A stretch of DNA of 64,000 nucleotides from Anaerolineae bacterium. GTDB taxonomy: Bacteria > Chloroflexota > Anaerolineae > Anaerolineales > E44-bin32. The notes under the pieces were generated by a model that saw nothing but the letters and a program-made list of their open reading frames with translations, was not told where the DNA came from and ran no database searches. The stretch is from contig BTQZ01000001.1 of the NCBI GenBank assembly GCA_036986135.1, forward strand, positions 171,857 through 235,856. Reading direction: 5' to 3'. Position numbers and translations under genes: made by a program. Positions 17,404 to 27,244 of this stretch are shown in pieces; position 1 is the first letter of the stretch, and every line of letters starts with the position of its first letter.

Positions 17404-18660
17404 ATGGGACAGACATTCGCTGAGAAGGTTCTAGCCAAGAAGGCGGGCGTGGAGGCGACCTCCCCCGGAGAGATCGTCGAGATTTCGCCTGACGTCGCCC
17501 TATCCCACGACAACACGGCGCCAATACGAGGGATATTCGAGGAGATGGGCGGGGTCAGGGTGCATGATCCTGAGATGCATGCCATCTTCTTGGACCATGC
17601 CGCGCCGGCGCCAACCACGCAGCACGCTGAGAACCATCGCATTATTCGTGAATTCGTGCGCGATCAGGGTATCCCGCACTTCTTCGACGTGGGACGCGGC
17701 ATTTGCCACCAGGTCCTGGTTGAAGAGGGATTGGCGCTGCCGGGGGAAGTGGTGCTCGGATCCGATTCGCACACCCCGCATGCGGGCGTGATGGGGGCCT
17801 TCGGCGCGGGAATCGGCCGCAGCGAGATGGCATCCGTATGGGCATTGGGGAGTCTGTGGCTGCGAATCCCAGAAAGTCTACAGATTATCGTCCACGGGGA
17901 GCTTCCGCCTGGAGTTACAGCCAAAGATCTTGCGCTTCACGTCATTGGTGATCTGGGCGCGGATGGCGCGCTATACATGTCGGTCGAGTGGCATGGAGAT
18001 GCGATCCGACGGCTGGGTTTGAGCGAGCGGGCGGTGCTGCCCAACATCTCAGCGGAGATGGGCGCCAAGAACAGCTACCTCCCTCCGGACGAGCTGGTCT
18101 TCGACTATCTCGAGCGCCGAGCCCAAAGGGCATATGAAGCCGTATTCCCGGATCCTGACGCCGAGTATGCCAGGAAGGTCGAATATGAGGCTGATACGTT
18201 GGAAGCTATGGTTGCCTGTCCACACACGGTGGATCACGTGAAGCCGCTGTCCGAGGTTGCAGGCACGCGCGTGGATCAGGCGTTTATCGGCACCTGCTCC
18301 AATGGCCGCTTGGAGGACTTGGCGTCCGCGGCCGAGGTGCTGGCCGATCGACAAGTAGCCAATGGCACCCGCCTGATCGTGATCCCGGCCTCATCTGAAG
18401 TATTCAAGCAGGCCTTGGGCGCGGGCTACATCGATGTCTTCCTACAGGCTGGCGCACTGCTTCAGAGCCCCGGCTGTGGGCCCTGCATGGGGAATCACAT
18501 GGGCGTGCCGGCAGTCGGTGAAGCCACCATCAGCACCGCCAATCGCAATTTCAAGGGGCGCATGGGCACCAAGGAGAGCGAAATCTATCTGGCCAATCCG
18601 TCGGTGGTCGCCGCTTCGGCGGTGGCAGGCGAAATCTGCAGCGCGAACGATTTGAATTAG
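17404..18660 (+). CDS. Aconitase-superfamily hydro-lyase large subunit (archaeal-type LeuC/HacA, 418 aa)
   Basis: Start chosen at [15 protein letters not shown]. Motifs GSDSHT, GTCSNGR and CGPCMG (FeS ligands). The track start at 17305 overlaps the previous gene. Confidence 0.85.
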   Translation: MGQTFAEKVLAKKAGVEATSPGEIVEISPDVALSHDNTAPIRGIFEEMGGVRVHDPEMHAIFLDHAAPAPTTQHAENHRIIREFVRDQGIPHFFDVGRGICHQVLVEEGLALPGEVVLGSDSHTPHAGVMGAFGAGIGRSEMASVWALGSLWLRIPESLQIIVHGELPPGVTAKDLALHVIGDLGADGALYMSVEWHGDAIRRLGLSERAVLPNISAEMGAKNSYLPPDELVFDYLERRAQRAYEAVFPDPDAEYARKVEYEADTLEAMVACPHTVDHVKPLSEVAGTRVDQAFIGTCSNGRLEDLASAAEVLADRQVANGTRLIVIPASSEVFKQALGAGYIDVFLQAGALLQSPGCGPCMGNHMGVPAVGEATISTANRNFKGRMGTKESEIYLANPSVVAASAVAGEICSANDLN

Positions 18661-18674
18661 GAGACCTGAGCGAG

Positions 18675-19175
18675 ATGAGCATCATCAACGGGCGCGTTTG
18701 GAAATACGGAGATAGCGTAAACACCGACGTCATCTTCCCCGGCAAGTACACCTACACTGTCAGCGATCCGGCCGATATGCCACAGCATGCGCTGGAGGAT
18801 TTGGATCCGTGCTTTGCCGCGGAGGTGCGGCCGGGCGACATCATCGTCGCCGGGAAGAACTGGGGCTGCGGCTCATCCCGCGAGCAGGCGGTGACCTGCT
18901 TGAAGGAGAGCGGGGTGGGCGCCATCGTAGCCGAGTCCTTCGCTCGCATTTACTACCGTAACTGCCTGAATGCGGCCCTGCCGGCGCTGACCTGTGCCGA
19001 GGCGGTTGAGAACATCGAAGACGGACAGCAGATCGAAATTGATCTGGAAGCCGGCGAGATTCGCAGTTCCGAAGGCACCTTCTCGTTTCCGCCGCTTCCG
19101 GAAGCGGTGATGGGGATCTTTGCGGCCGGAGGTCTGGTGCCCTACACGCGACAGCGTATCCGAAAGGGGAAGTGA
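18675..19175 (+). CDS. Aconitase-superfamily hydro-lyase small subunit (LeuD/HacB type)
   Basis: 166 aa with [13 protein letters not shown]. The substrate loop reads PGKYTYTV. Confidence 0.85.
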   Translation: MSIINGRVWKYGDSVNTDVIFPGKYTYTVSDPADMPQHALEDLDPCFAAEVRPGDIIVAGKNWGCGSSREQAVTCLKESGVGAIVAESFARIYYRNCLNAALPALTCAEAVENIEDGQQIEIDLEAGEIRSSEGTFSFPPLPEAVMGIFAAGGLVPYTRQRIRKGK

Positions 19176-20287
19176 TGTATCGAATAGCCTGGATGCCCGG
19201 CGATGGCATCGGCGCGGAGGTCATGGAAGCAGCCAGGATCGTCCTGGATCGCTTGGAGCTGGAGGCGGAATACGTGCCGGCCGATATCGGGTGGGAGTTC
19301 TGGTGCACCGAAGGAGACCCGCTGCCCGAGCGCACGATCGAGATCCTGAAGACCTGCACTTGCGGTCTCTTCGGCGCTATCACTTCTAAACCTAAAGAGG
19401 AAGCCGCCAAGGAACTTGCCACTGAGCTACAAGGCAAGGGCCTGAGCTACCGCAGCCCGATCGTGCGGCTGCGCCAACACTTCGATCTCTATACCAACTT
19501 GCGGCCCTGCAAGGCTTATCCTGGAAACCCGCTCAACTACCGCGATGATGTCGATCTCATCGTGTTCCGCGAGAACACCGAAGGACTCTACAGTGGGATC
19601 GAGTTCCATCCCCTTCCTGACGAGGTCCGGCGCGTGATGGCGAAGCACAACCCCGCCATGGCTCGCTTCGATGGAGTGGCGGGCGATGAGATGGCCGTGA
19701 GCCTACGGGTGATTACCAACGTGGGCGCGCGGCGGATCATCAAGAAGGCGTTCGAGTATGCGCGGGATTTCGGCTACCCCACCGTCACTCTGGTAGAGAA
19801 GCCCAATGTGCTGCGCGAGACCAGCGGGCTCATGCGGAGGGCGGCCGCATCCGTTGCGAAGGAATTCCCCACCATTGAACTCTGGGAAACCAACATCGAT
19901 GCCCAGATGATGTGGCTGTTGAAGAACCCGGATGATTACGGCGTGATGGTAACCAGCAACATGTTCGGCGACATCCTTTCCGATCTGTCAGCCCAGTTGG
20001 TAGGGGGTCTGGGCTTCGCCTCAAGCGGAAATATCGGCGATGAGTTTGCGGTTTTTGAGCCAACCCATGGTTCCGCGCCCAAATATGCCGGCCAATACAA
20101 GGTCAACCCGACCGCCATGCTGCTGGCGGCAAAGCTGATGCTCGAATGGCTAGGCGAGCGCGGGAAGGCCGAGGCGCTTGATGCTGGGATGGCGGCCGTG
20201 ATCCATGAGGGTAAAGTACGTACCTACGATATGGGCGGTGACAGCTCGACCCTCGAGATGGCCCAGGCGGTAGCTGACCGCCTCTAA
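19172..20287 (+). CDS. Beta-decarboxylating dehydrogenase (isocitrate/homoisocitrate/isopropylmalate dehydrogenase family)
   Basis: 371 aa with [31 protein letters not shown] and NMFGDILSD. The start is either GTG at 19172 or ATG at 19175, overlapping the upstream stop. Confidence 0.85.
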   Translation: MMYRIAWMPGDGIGAEVMEAARIVLDRLELEAEYVPADIGWEFWCTEGDPLPERTIEILKTCTCGLFGAITSKPKEEAAKELATELQGKGLSYRSPIVRLRQHFDLYTNLRPCKAYPGNPLNYRDDVDLIVFRENTEGLYSGIEFHPLPDEVRRVMAKHNPAMARFDGVAGDEMAVSLRVITNVGARRIIKKAFEYARDFGYPTVTLVEKPNVLRETSGLMRRAAASVAKEFPTIELWETNIDAQMMWLLKNPDDYGVMVTSNMFGDILSDLSAQLVGGLGFASSGNIGDEFAVFEPTHGSAPKYAGQYKVNPTAMLLAAKLMLEWLGERGKAEALDAGMAAVIHEGKVRTYDMGGDSSTLEMAQAVADRL

Positions 20288-20373
20288 GCATTCCCGTCCT
20301 ACAGTCGGGGACCGCCTGCTTCGGTAAGCGGGATGCTCGCGGGGCTTGGCTCGATATCAATGAGGATCAATAA

Positions 20374-21750
20374 ATGAGTTCGATCAGCCATCAAATGGCA
20401 GAGTTCGCGCACGCGCTGCGCTACGAAGACATCCCCGCGGTAGCTATTCACGAAGCCAAGCGCTTCTTGCTTGACAGTGTTGGATGCGCCCTGGCCGCGG
20501 TGGACAATGACGACATGCAGGCCATGCACCGGTTTACAGAGAAGCTGGGGGGCACTCCGGAGGCGACCGTCATAGGAAGCGGGCTGCAGACGAATGCACC
20601 CAGTGCGGCATTGATGAATTGCCTGCTGGTCCGTGCTCTGGATTACAACGATATCTACTGGGTTCAGGATCCCAGTCATCCCTCCGACATCATCGGAGTC
20701 GCGCTGGCGGTGGCGGAGGCGAACCAGAAGAGCACCGTTGAGGCAATAGTGGCCATCGTGATCGCATATGAGCTGGAGATGCGATGGTGCCATGCTGCCG
20801 AGCCAGGCATCCGGGAGGTGGGATGGCACCATGCCTCGCTGACGCAGTTCGTGAGCCCGCTGGTCGCGGGTCGGCTCTATGATCTCGACCTGGATCAGCT
20901 TGTGGCGGCGGTTGGAATCAGCGGCAGCAGCCACTTTACTCTCGGCGGAGTGGTTGCGGGTCACCTGACGAACATGAAAAACACTGCCGATCCCCTGGCG
21001 GCACAGGCCGGCGTGCTTGCTGCGCTCATGGCGCGGGAAGGCTGCAGTGGACCGGTGGAGGTGATCGAGGGGAAGGAAGGGCTGATCGAAGTTCTGTCCA
21101 ACGTGGAATGGCTGGAGCAGGAACTGACGAAGGGGCTGGGATCGGATTTCCTGATCACGAACTGCAGCTACAAGGCCTTCCCAACCGAAGCTCTCACGCA
21201 CCAGCCGATCAGCGCCGCGCTGGCAGTGTGCCGTGATCACGGCATTGCTCACGATCAGGTGGCTGAGCTGCTGGTGGAGACCACTACTCGTGGCGCCGAT
21301 ATCCTCTCCGATCCGAGCAAGTACAAGCCAGAGACGAAAGAGACCGCAGACCACAGCCTCCCGTACGTAATCGCGGCCGCGGTCGTGGACGGAAACGTCC
21401 TGCCAGAAAGCTTCAGCGTAGAAAAGCTGAAGGACCCACGAATCCGAGAGCTGCTTCCGAAGATCAAGGTGGTCGCCGATTCTGAGATTGACGACCTCTT
21501 CCCAAAGATCAAACGCGCCCGCGTGACGATCACAACCACCGACGGCCAGAGTCACACTGCGCAGACGGATGTCGCAAAGGGCGATCCAGCAGATCCCATG
21601 AGTGACGAGGATATCGAGGCCAAATTCCGGGACAATGCGCATGGAGTTCTAGGCTCCGCGCGGATGGATGAAGTGATTGAAGCGACCTGGCAGCTCGATG
21701 GCCTAGCCGGCATGCGCGAATATCTAGGGCTTCTCACATCCGACATCTAA
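20374..21750 (+). CDS. MmgE/PrpD-family dehydratase
   Basis: 458 aa. The overall PrpD-like sequence starts MAEFAHALRYEDIP. The antisense 447-aa ORF on the opposite strand is treated as an artefact. Confidence 0.8.
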   Translation: MSSISHQMAEFAHALRYEDIPAVAIHEAKRFLLDSVGCALAAVDNDDMQAMHRFTEKLGGTPEATVIGSGLQTNAPSAALMNCLLVRALDYNDIYWVQDPSHPSDIIGVALAVAEANQKSTVEAIVAIVIAYELEMRWCHAAEPGIREVGWHHASLTQFVSPLVAGRLYDLDLDQLVAAVGISGSSHFTLGGVVAGHLTNMKNTADPLAAQAGVLAALMAREGCSGPVEVIEGKEGLIEVLSNVEWLEQELTKGLGSDFLITNCSYKAFPTEALTHQPISAALAVCRDHGIAHDQVAELLVETTTRGADILSDPSKYKPETKETADHSLPYVIAAAVVDGNVLPESFSVEKLKDPRIRELLPKIKVVADSEIDDLFPKIKRARVTITTTDGQSHTAQTDVAKGDPADPMSDEDIEAKFRDNAHGVLGSARMDEVIEATWQLDGLAGMREYLGLLTSDI

Positions 21751-21870
21751 ACCGGGGCCAGAATCGATCGCTACCGGCTGAGACCCTCCGCGGGCGCGTA
21801 GGTGAAATTAGAATACCGAACGACCCGCAGGGGTTCGCGCGCCGGACTCCGGACTTGACCCAGGCGTGAT

Positions 21871-22305
21871 ATGACGAATCAGGAACACTACCGAAAACTG
21901 GAGCGGATGTACCTGCGCGCGCGTGTAAATGAGTATTTCGCGCCGACCGTTCAGATTGGCGAGGGGAAGGCGGAGGTCGGCATCGAAGTCCGGCCCGATT
22001 TCTTCCACGCCGCTAATGCGGTGCACGGGTATCTATACTTCAAGGTGCTGGATGACTCAACGTTCTTCGCCGTGAACTCGCTCGTAGAGGACGTCTTCGT
22101 TCTCACGGTTTCGTTCAATCTGCACTTCACTCGCCCGGTCACCAAAGGAGTTCTGAAGGCGACCGCCGAGGTCGTACACCGGTCAAAGCGACTCTTCATC
22201 GCCGAAGGAGTAGCGATGGACTCGCACGGGAGAGTAGTCGGTCGCGGCACCGGCACCTTCATGCGCAGCGACATACTATTGACGCCGGGAACGGGCTATG
22301 AGTAG
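21871..22305 (+). CDS. PaaI/4HBT-type hotdog thioesterase
   Basis: 144 aa with an N-x-x-x-HG motif (ANAVHGY) and hotdog-like length. Confidence 0.65.
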   Translation: MTNQEHYRKLERMYLRARVNEYFAPTVQIGEGKAEVGIEVRPDFFHAANAVHGYLYFKVLDDSTFFAVNSLVEDVFVLTVSFNLHFTRPVTKGVLKATAEVVHRSKRLFIAEGVAMDSHGRVVGRGTGTFMRSDILLTPGTGYE

Positions 22306-22412
22306 ACCGAGTCACTACCGCGCAGTTGAGAAAGGGGGTTGTGGGCACCTTGAGCTCGACCCACAGCACGGAAGTCGACTGGTAGCGGCCAGGATCAATC
22401 GATGGATCAAGA

Positions 22413-24272
22413 ATGTCTGCTGAATCTCGGGTGAGGCTAAACCCGCCTGTTTCCGATCGGGATCACACGAAAGGACCCGACGACTCGCCCGTAACGCTCG
22501 TCGAGTACGGCGACTACGAATGCCCGTATTGTGGACAGGCGGAGAACTCGGTCCATGAGATTCAGGAGCGCACTGGCGACGCAGTGCGGCTGGTCTTCCG
22601 CCACTTTCCCAATCGAACGGTACACCCACATGCCAGGCTCGCCGCGGAAGCGGCAGAGGCCGCTGGGGCGCAGGGCAAGTTCTGGGAAATGCATGATCTG
22701 CTGTTTCAGCATCAGGATCGTCTGGAAGAATGGGACATGGTCGAGTACGCGCGTGAGCTGGGCCTGGACGAGGGTAAGTTTCGTGCCGAGCTAGAAGAAC
22801 ACAGGCACTCAAAGACGATCCATGAGGATTTCAGGAGCGGCATAGAGAGCGGGGTGCAAGGTACGCCGACCTGGTTCATTAACGGCACGCGCTACGACGG
22901 AGCATGGGATCCAGAATCCCTCCTGGAAGCCGTACGCAAGCCGATGGGCGTACGTATCAGTGCGCTGACGCAGGAGTTTACGCGCCTTGCGGCCTCCGGC
23001 GGGCTGATGCTTCTGATCTTCAGCGCCTTGGCACTGCTCTGGGCCAACTCTGCTTTCGCCGAGTCATATTTTCAGCTCTGGCAAACGGAAATTGGGATTT
23101 CCCTGGGCAATCTCCATCTCGAAAGATCCCTCCTGGAGTGGGTCAACGAAGGCCTCATGGTGATCTTCTTCTTTGTCCTGAGTCTGGAGATCAAGCGCGA
23201 GGTCACCGCTGGGGAGCTCGCAAGTGTGAGGAAGGCGGCATTGCCCATAGCCGCGGCCGCAGGTGGAATGTTTCTGCCGGCACTGATCTATGCCGCATTT
23301 AGCTTCTCAAACCCGATCGCGATGCGGGGGTGGGCAATTCCGGTAGCCACCGATATCGCGTTCACACTGGGCGTACTGGCCTTGCTCGGCGGGCGCGTAC
23401 CGCTCTCCCTCAAGGTATTCTTCACCGCCATGGCTATTGCGGATGACGTGGGCGGTATTCTGATCATTGCGCTCTTCTATACCTCTGAGATCAACGTTGC
23501 AAGCCTGGTGGTGGCGGCCATTTTCTTCGCCGGCCTGCTGGTTCTGAACCGGTGGCGCGTGTTCTCGCCGCTGCCTTATGCGCTGCTTGGCATCGGACTG
23601 TGGTTGGCTTTCTTGTCCTCCGGCGTCCATCCTACGCTCGCCGGCGTACTGCTTGCGGCCACGATTCCGACCCGCAGCCCGCCAAACGTTTCGAGACTTA
23701 TGGCGCAGACGGATACGGTACTCAATCGGTATGAATACGACGACGATGAAAGCCGCGAGCAGGCGCTGGTTCATGCATTGAAGACGATCCTGGATCGCAT
23801 GGAGCCGCCGGCCCAACGGCTCGAGCACGAGCTGCAGCCATGGGTAACCTATTTAATCTTGCCCATTTTTGCGCTGGCCAATGCGGGTGTCCCATTAGGA
23901 GGCGCGGACGGCCTCGCGCTCTTTAATCCGGTTAGCCTGGGAATTATCTTCGCCCTGGTTCTGGGAAAGCCAATCGGGGTTGGGATCTTTGCCTGGCTAG
24001 CAGCGAGGACCGGAGTGGCCGAGAAACCGCTGGACATCAGCTGGCGTCAATTCTTTAGCGCCAGCGTCTTGGCCGGCATCGGCTTCACGATATCGCTCTT
24101 TATCGCACAAGCGGCCTTCCAGGATTCAAGGCTGCTCTCCAACGCGAAAATCGGAATACTGGCGGGCTCGATCCTTGCCGCGGGAGTAGGTTGGGGGCTG
24201 CTCAACCTGAACAGCCCGCGATATGACACGGTTACTGAAGTGCAGGCGGAGCCTGCGCCGGCCACTGATTGA
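22413..24272 (+). CDS. nhaA: DsbA-like thioredoxin domain fused to the NhaA Na+/H+ antiporter
   Basis: The N-terminal region of about 170 aa carries CPYC. The C-terminal polytopic domain has NhaA motifs (AIADDVGGIL, PIFALANAGV). Confidence 0.85.
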   Translation: MSAESRVRLNPPVSDRDHTKGPDDSPVTLVEYGDYECPYCGQAENSVHEIQERTGDAVRLVFRHFPNRTVHPHARLAAEAAEAAGAQGKFWEMHDLLFQHQDRLEEWDMVEYARELGLDEGKFRAELEEHRHSKTIHEDFRSGIESGVQGTPTWFINGTRYDGAWDPESLLEAVRKPMGVRISALTQEFTRLAASGGLMLLIFSALALLWANSAFAESYFQLWQTEIGISLGNLHLERSLLEWVNEGLMVIFFFVLSLEIKREVTAGELASVRKAALPIAAAAGGMFLPALIYAAFSFSNPIAMRGWAIPVATDIAFTLGVLALLGGRVPLSLKVFFTAMAIADDVGGILIIALFYTSEINVASLVVAAIFFAGLLVLNRWRVFSPLPYALLGIGLWLAFLSSGVHPTLAGVLLAATIPTRSPPNVSRLMAQTDTVLNRYEYDDDESREQALVHALKTILDRMEPPAQRLEHELQPWVTYLILPIFALANAGVPLGGADGLALFNPVSLGIIFALVLGKPIGVGIFAWLAARTGVAEKPLDISWRQFFSASVLAGIGFTISLFIAQAAFQDSRLLSNAKIGILAGSILAAGVGWGLLNLNSPRYDTVTEVQAEPAPATD

Positions 24273-24310
24273 GTTCTAACTACCTATCCTAGAATGCGAG
24301 GAGCGACCTA

Positions 24311-26116
24311 GTGTCGGAAAACACCGTTCGTGAGCGCCGCGAGATCCCGATCGAATTCACATGGAATGCCGAAAGCGTCTTCCCGGATCGGTCAGCCTGG
24401 AGCGAGGAATTCGAGGCGCTGGTTGAAGATCTGGCTCAGCTGGAGCATTATCATGGCCGGCTCAGTGAAGGTCCGAAAACCCTGCTCGAAGCGATTGGCG
24501 CCATCGAGAACATCGTCGGCCGAGCGTACAAACTAGTGAGCTATGCCTACGTTGGGTTGGCGGTCGATTCGCTTGACCCGCAGGCAGTAGAAATGTATGG
24601 CCGGGTGCAAGGTCTGGTGGGGCAGGCGCTTGCAGCTCTTGCTTTCATCGATCCGGAGCTGATCGCGGCCGGCGAGGACACGGTGAAAGGTTGGATCGAT
24701 GAGGACGAGAGGCTAGCTAAATACGACCACTACGCTGACAACCTGTTCCGAAAGCAAAAACATGTGAGATCACATGAAGTCGAGGAGCTTCTGGGTACGC
24801 TTCGAGGAATGTTCTTGGGCGCGCGCACGACCGCAGAGGCGCTAGCGGATTCGGATTTCACATTTCGGCCGGCAACCGCGGCTGACGGCACAGAGATTCC
24901 ATTTACGCAGGGAACGCTGCGGCGGATCTACACTGGTACGGATCGCGAAGCTCGGCGCACGGCCTGGGAAAATTACGCCGACCAGTACCTGGCCTACAGG
25001 AATACGCTAGCCAGCAACCTCACCAATTCCATACAACAGAATGTCTTCTCCATGCGAGCCCGCAAACATGAATCTACCCTGGCGATGGCTCTGTTTGACA
25101 ACAACATCCCGGTAGCAGTCTTTCACAACCTTATCGAAACCTTCCGCGCGAACGTTGGAATCTGGGAACGGTATTTCTCGATCAAGCGCCAAGCCTTGGG
25201 ATTCGAAAAGCTCTTCCCCTACGATGTGTGGGCCCCCCTCACGCCTAAGGCGGCCGAGATCACCTATTCGCAAGCGGTGGATTGGATCTGCGAGGGAATG
25301 CGGCCGCTAGGGGAGGACTACGTGCAGGTCATGCGCCGCGGCTGTCTGGAACAGCGCTGGGTGGATGTATATCCGAACAAGGGGAAACGTCAGGGCGCAT
25401 TCTCTTTCGGTTCGTCGGGCACCTATCCCTTCATCGTGATGAGCTACAACGACAACGCACTTAGCTTCAGCACGCTGGCGCACGAGTTGGGGCATTCCAT
25501 GCATTCTTATCTGGCCTGGGAAACCCAACCCGTGATTTACGCTCAATACTCGATATTCGTCGCCGAGGTGGCCTCCAACTTTAACCAGGCCATGGTCCGC
25601 GCCTACATTCTCGAAAACATCGACGACAGGGCACTGAAAATCGCGCTCATCGAGGAGGCCATGGCTAACTTCTATCGCTATTTCTTCATCATGCCGACCC
25701 TGGCACGGTTCGAACTCGAAACACACGAAAGAATAGAGCGGGGAGAGGGTCTCAACGCCGACAGCATGATCGAGCTGATGGCAGATATGTTTGAGGAACC
25801 CTACGGAACCGCCATGGAGTTGGATCGTGAGCGGGTTGGGATTACCTGGGCGCAGTTTCATCACCTCTACGCCGACTACTACGTTTATCAATATGCCACC
25901 GGAATCGCGGGAGCCCACGCCCTGGTCGGGCGCATATCGGGCGGGGAGCCTGGCGCAGCCGAGGACTACCTAGGATTCCTGAAAGCCGGCGGATCGGAAT
26001 ACCCGCTGGATGCACTGAAGGCTGCAGGCGTGGACCTGAGCTCGCCCGAGCCTGTGGAGCAGGCTTTCTCGGAGATGGCAGGATACGTGGATCGTCTGGA
26101 GCAGCTGCTCAGTTGA
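24311..26116 (+). CDS. pepF: Oligoendopeptidase F (M3B)
   Basis: 601 aa with the zinc motif HELGHSMH. GTG start. Confidence 0.9.
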   Translation: MSENTVRERREIPIEFTWNAESVFPDRSAWSEEFEALVEDLAQLEHYHGRLSEGPKTLLEAIGAIENIVGRAYKLVSYAYVGLAVDSLDPQAVEMYGRVQGLVGQALAALAFIDPELIAAGEDTVKGWIDEDERLAKYDHYADNLFRKQKHVRSHEVEELLGTLRGMFLGARTTAEALADSDFTFRPATAADGTEIPFTQGTLRRIYTGTDREARRTAWENYADQYLAYRNTLASNLTNSIQQNVFSMRARKHESTLAMALFDNNIPVAVFHNLIETFRANVGIWERYFSIKRQALGFEKLFPYDVWAPLTPKAAEITYSQAVDWICEGMRPLGEDYVQVMRRGCLEQRWVDVYPNKGKRQGAFSFGSSGTYPFIVMSYNDNALSFSTLAHELGHSMHSYLAWETQPVIYAQYSIFVAEVASNFNQAMVRAYILENIDDRALKIALIEEAMANFYRYFFIMPTLARFELETHERIERGEGLNADSMIELMADMFEEPYGTAMELDRERVGITWAQFHHLYADYYVYQYATGIAGAHALVGRISGGEPGAAEDYLGFLKAGGSEYPLDALKAAGVDLSSPEPVEQAFSEMAGYVDRLEQLLS

Positions 26117-26146
26117 CGATCCTGCATGTGCAGGGGTGTGTAGAAG

Positions 26147-27175
26147 ATTAGGGTCCAAGGTCTACCGATCTTTGTTCTCCTATTTATGGCGGCCTGCAGT
26201 CCGGCTCAAGGCATCTATGAGCGCGGCCTGAAGCATGTGGAGCAGGGAGAAATCGATGCCGCATTGGCCGCCTTCGACGAAGCGCTAGCCGAAGATCCCG
26301 AGTTCGGCGCCGCTTACCTCGAGCGGGGACAGCTGCATCTCGATTCTGGCAACGAATCCGCGGCATTGGCGGATTTCGAGATGGCCGTTCAATTCGATTC
26401 TGATAATCCTGGGTCCTACGCTAATCGAGGCGTGGTGCTCGCCGAACAAGGCGAATTCGAGGCAGCCATCGCCGATTTCGAGTACGCCATCGAGCTCGAT
26501 CCGGAGTACGCCCGCGCCTACAACAACCGCGGCAACACCTATCGTCGCATGAAGCGGTATCAGGAGGCCATGCAGGACTTTGAAACGGCCATCGAGCTCG
26601 ACCCCGAATACGCCCGTGCCTATAACAACCTCGGCAATATGTATCAAGAGATCGATGAGGTCTTCTTGGCCCTGGAAAACTTCAACCGGGCCATAGAGCT
26701 CGACGATGAGTACCCGCTGGCGCACAACAACCGCGGCATCTTGTACGCAACCTTTGGGGATCTCGAATCGGCAATTGCAGACTTCGATCGCGCCATCGAA
26801 CTCGATCCGGGCTACGCCGACGCCTACTACAATCGGGGGCTCACGCAGGAGCGTCTTGGCAACATTCGCTTCGCGCTCGAGGATTACGCCGCCACTATCG
26901 ATGCCGACCCTGAGTACGTTTACGCGTATATCAACCGCGGTGTGATCTGGGCCACCATTGGCGAGCTTGAAGATGCCATAGCGGAATACACTGCGGCCAT
27001 CGAAGTGGATCCCGAGTTCGCCGGCGCCTATCTCAATCGAGCGCTCGCTTACGAGGACTTAGGTAGGCGAGAATTTGCGCTTGCGGACTATGAACGATTT
27101 GTTGAGCTCTACTCCATTCAAGACCGACTGCGCTTCATGGCCGAGACGCGCATAAACCTCCTGCGCCAAGAATAA
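26147..27175 (+). CDS. TPR-repeat protein, probably a lipoprotein
   Basis: About 9 tandem 34-aa TPRs with a 102-nt DNA periodicity (for example 26486 versus 26588). An in-frame upstream stretch, IRVQGLPIFVLLFMAAC, looks like a lipoprotein signal, so the start was moved to ATT 26147. The first ATG is at 26186. Confidence 0.7.
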   Translation: MRVQGLPIFVLLFMAACSPAQGIYERGLKHVEQGEIDAALAAFDEALAEDPEFGAAYLERGQLHLDSGNESAALADFEMAVQFDSDNPGSYANRGVVLAEQGEFEAAIADFEYAIELDPEYARAYNNRGNTYRRMKRYQEAMQDFETAIELDPEYARAYNNLGNMYQEIDEVFLALENFNRAIELDDEYPLAHNNRGILYATFGDLESAIADFDRAIELDPGYADAYYNRGLTQERLGNIRFALEDYAATIDADPEYVYAYINRGVIWATIGELEDAIAEYTAAIEVDPEFAGAYLNRALAYEDLGRREFALADYERFVELYSIQDRLRFMAETRINLLRQE

Positions 27176-27244
27176 AGCCAAGTACTCGAGGATCGATTCC
27201 GTCGTTCGCAGCTTCCTCCTGAACTGAAATCTCAGGAGAACACT

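Noticed and set aside
17404-20287. The LeuC-like, LeuD-like and dehydrogenase trio could simply be a leuC-leuD-leuB leucine biosynthesis operon.
   Set aside because: This is not fully rejected and is kept as the refutation condition for the cluster finding. The dehydrogenase lacks the LeuB-type GAVGGPKW segment. The trio is also tightly embedded between CoA-ligase/lyase-like genes and PrpD.
26186-27175. Regular 102-nt DNA periodicity with near-identical units, which at first glance resembles a repeat array.
   Set aside because: The periodicity is the coding repeat of 34-aa TPR motifs within one continuous ORF. It is not a CRISPR array or a non-coding tandem repeat.
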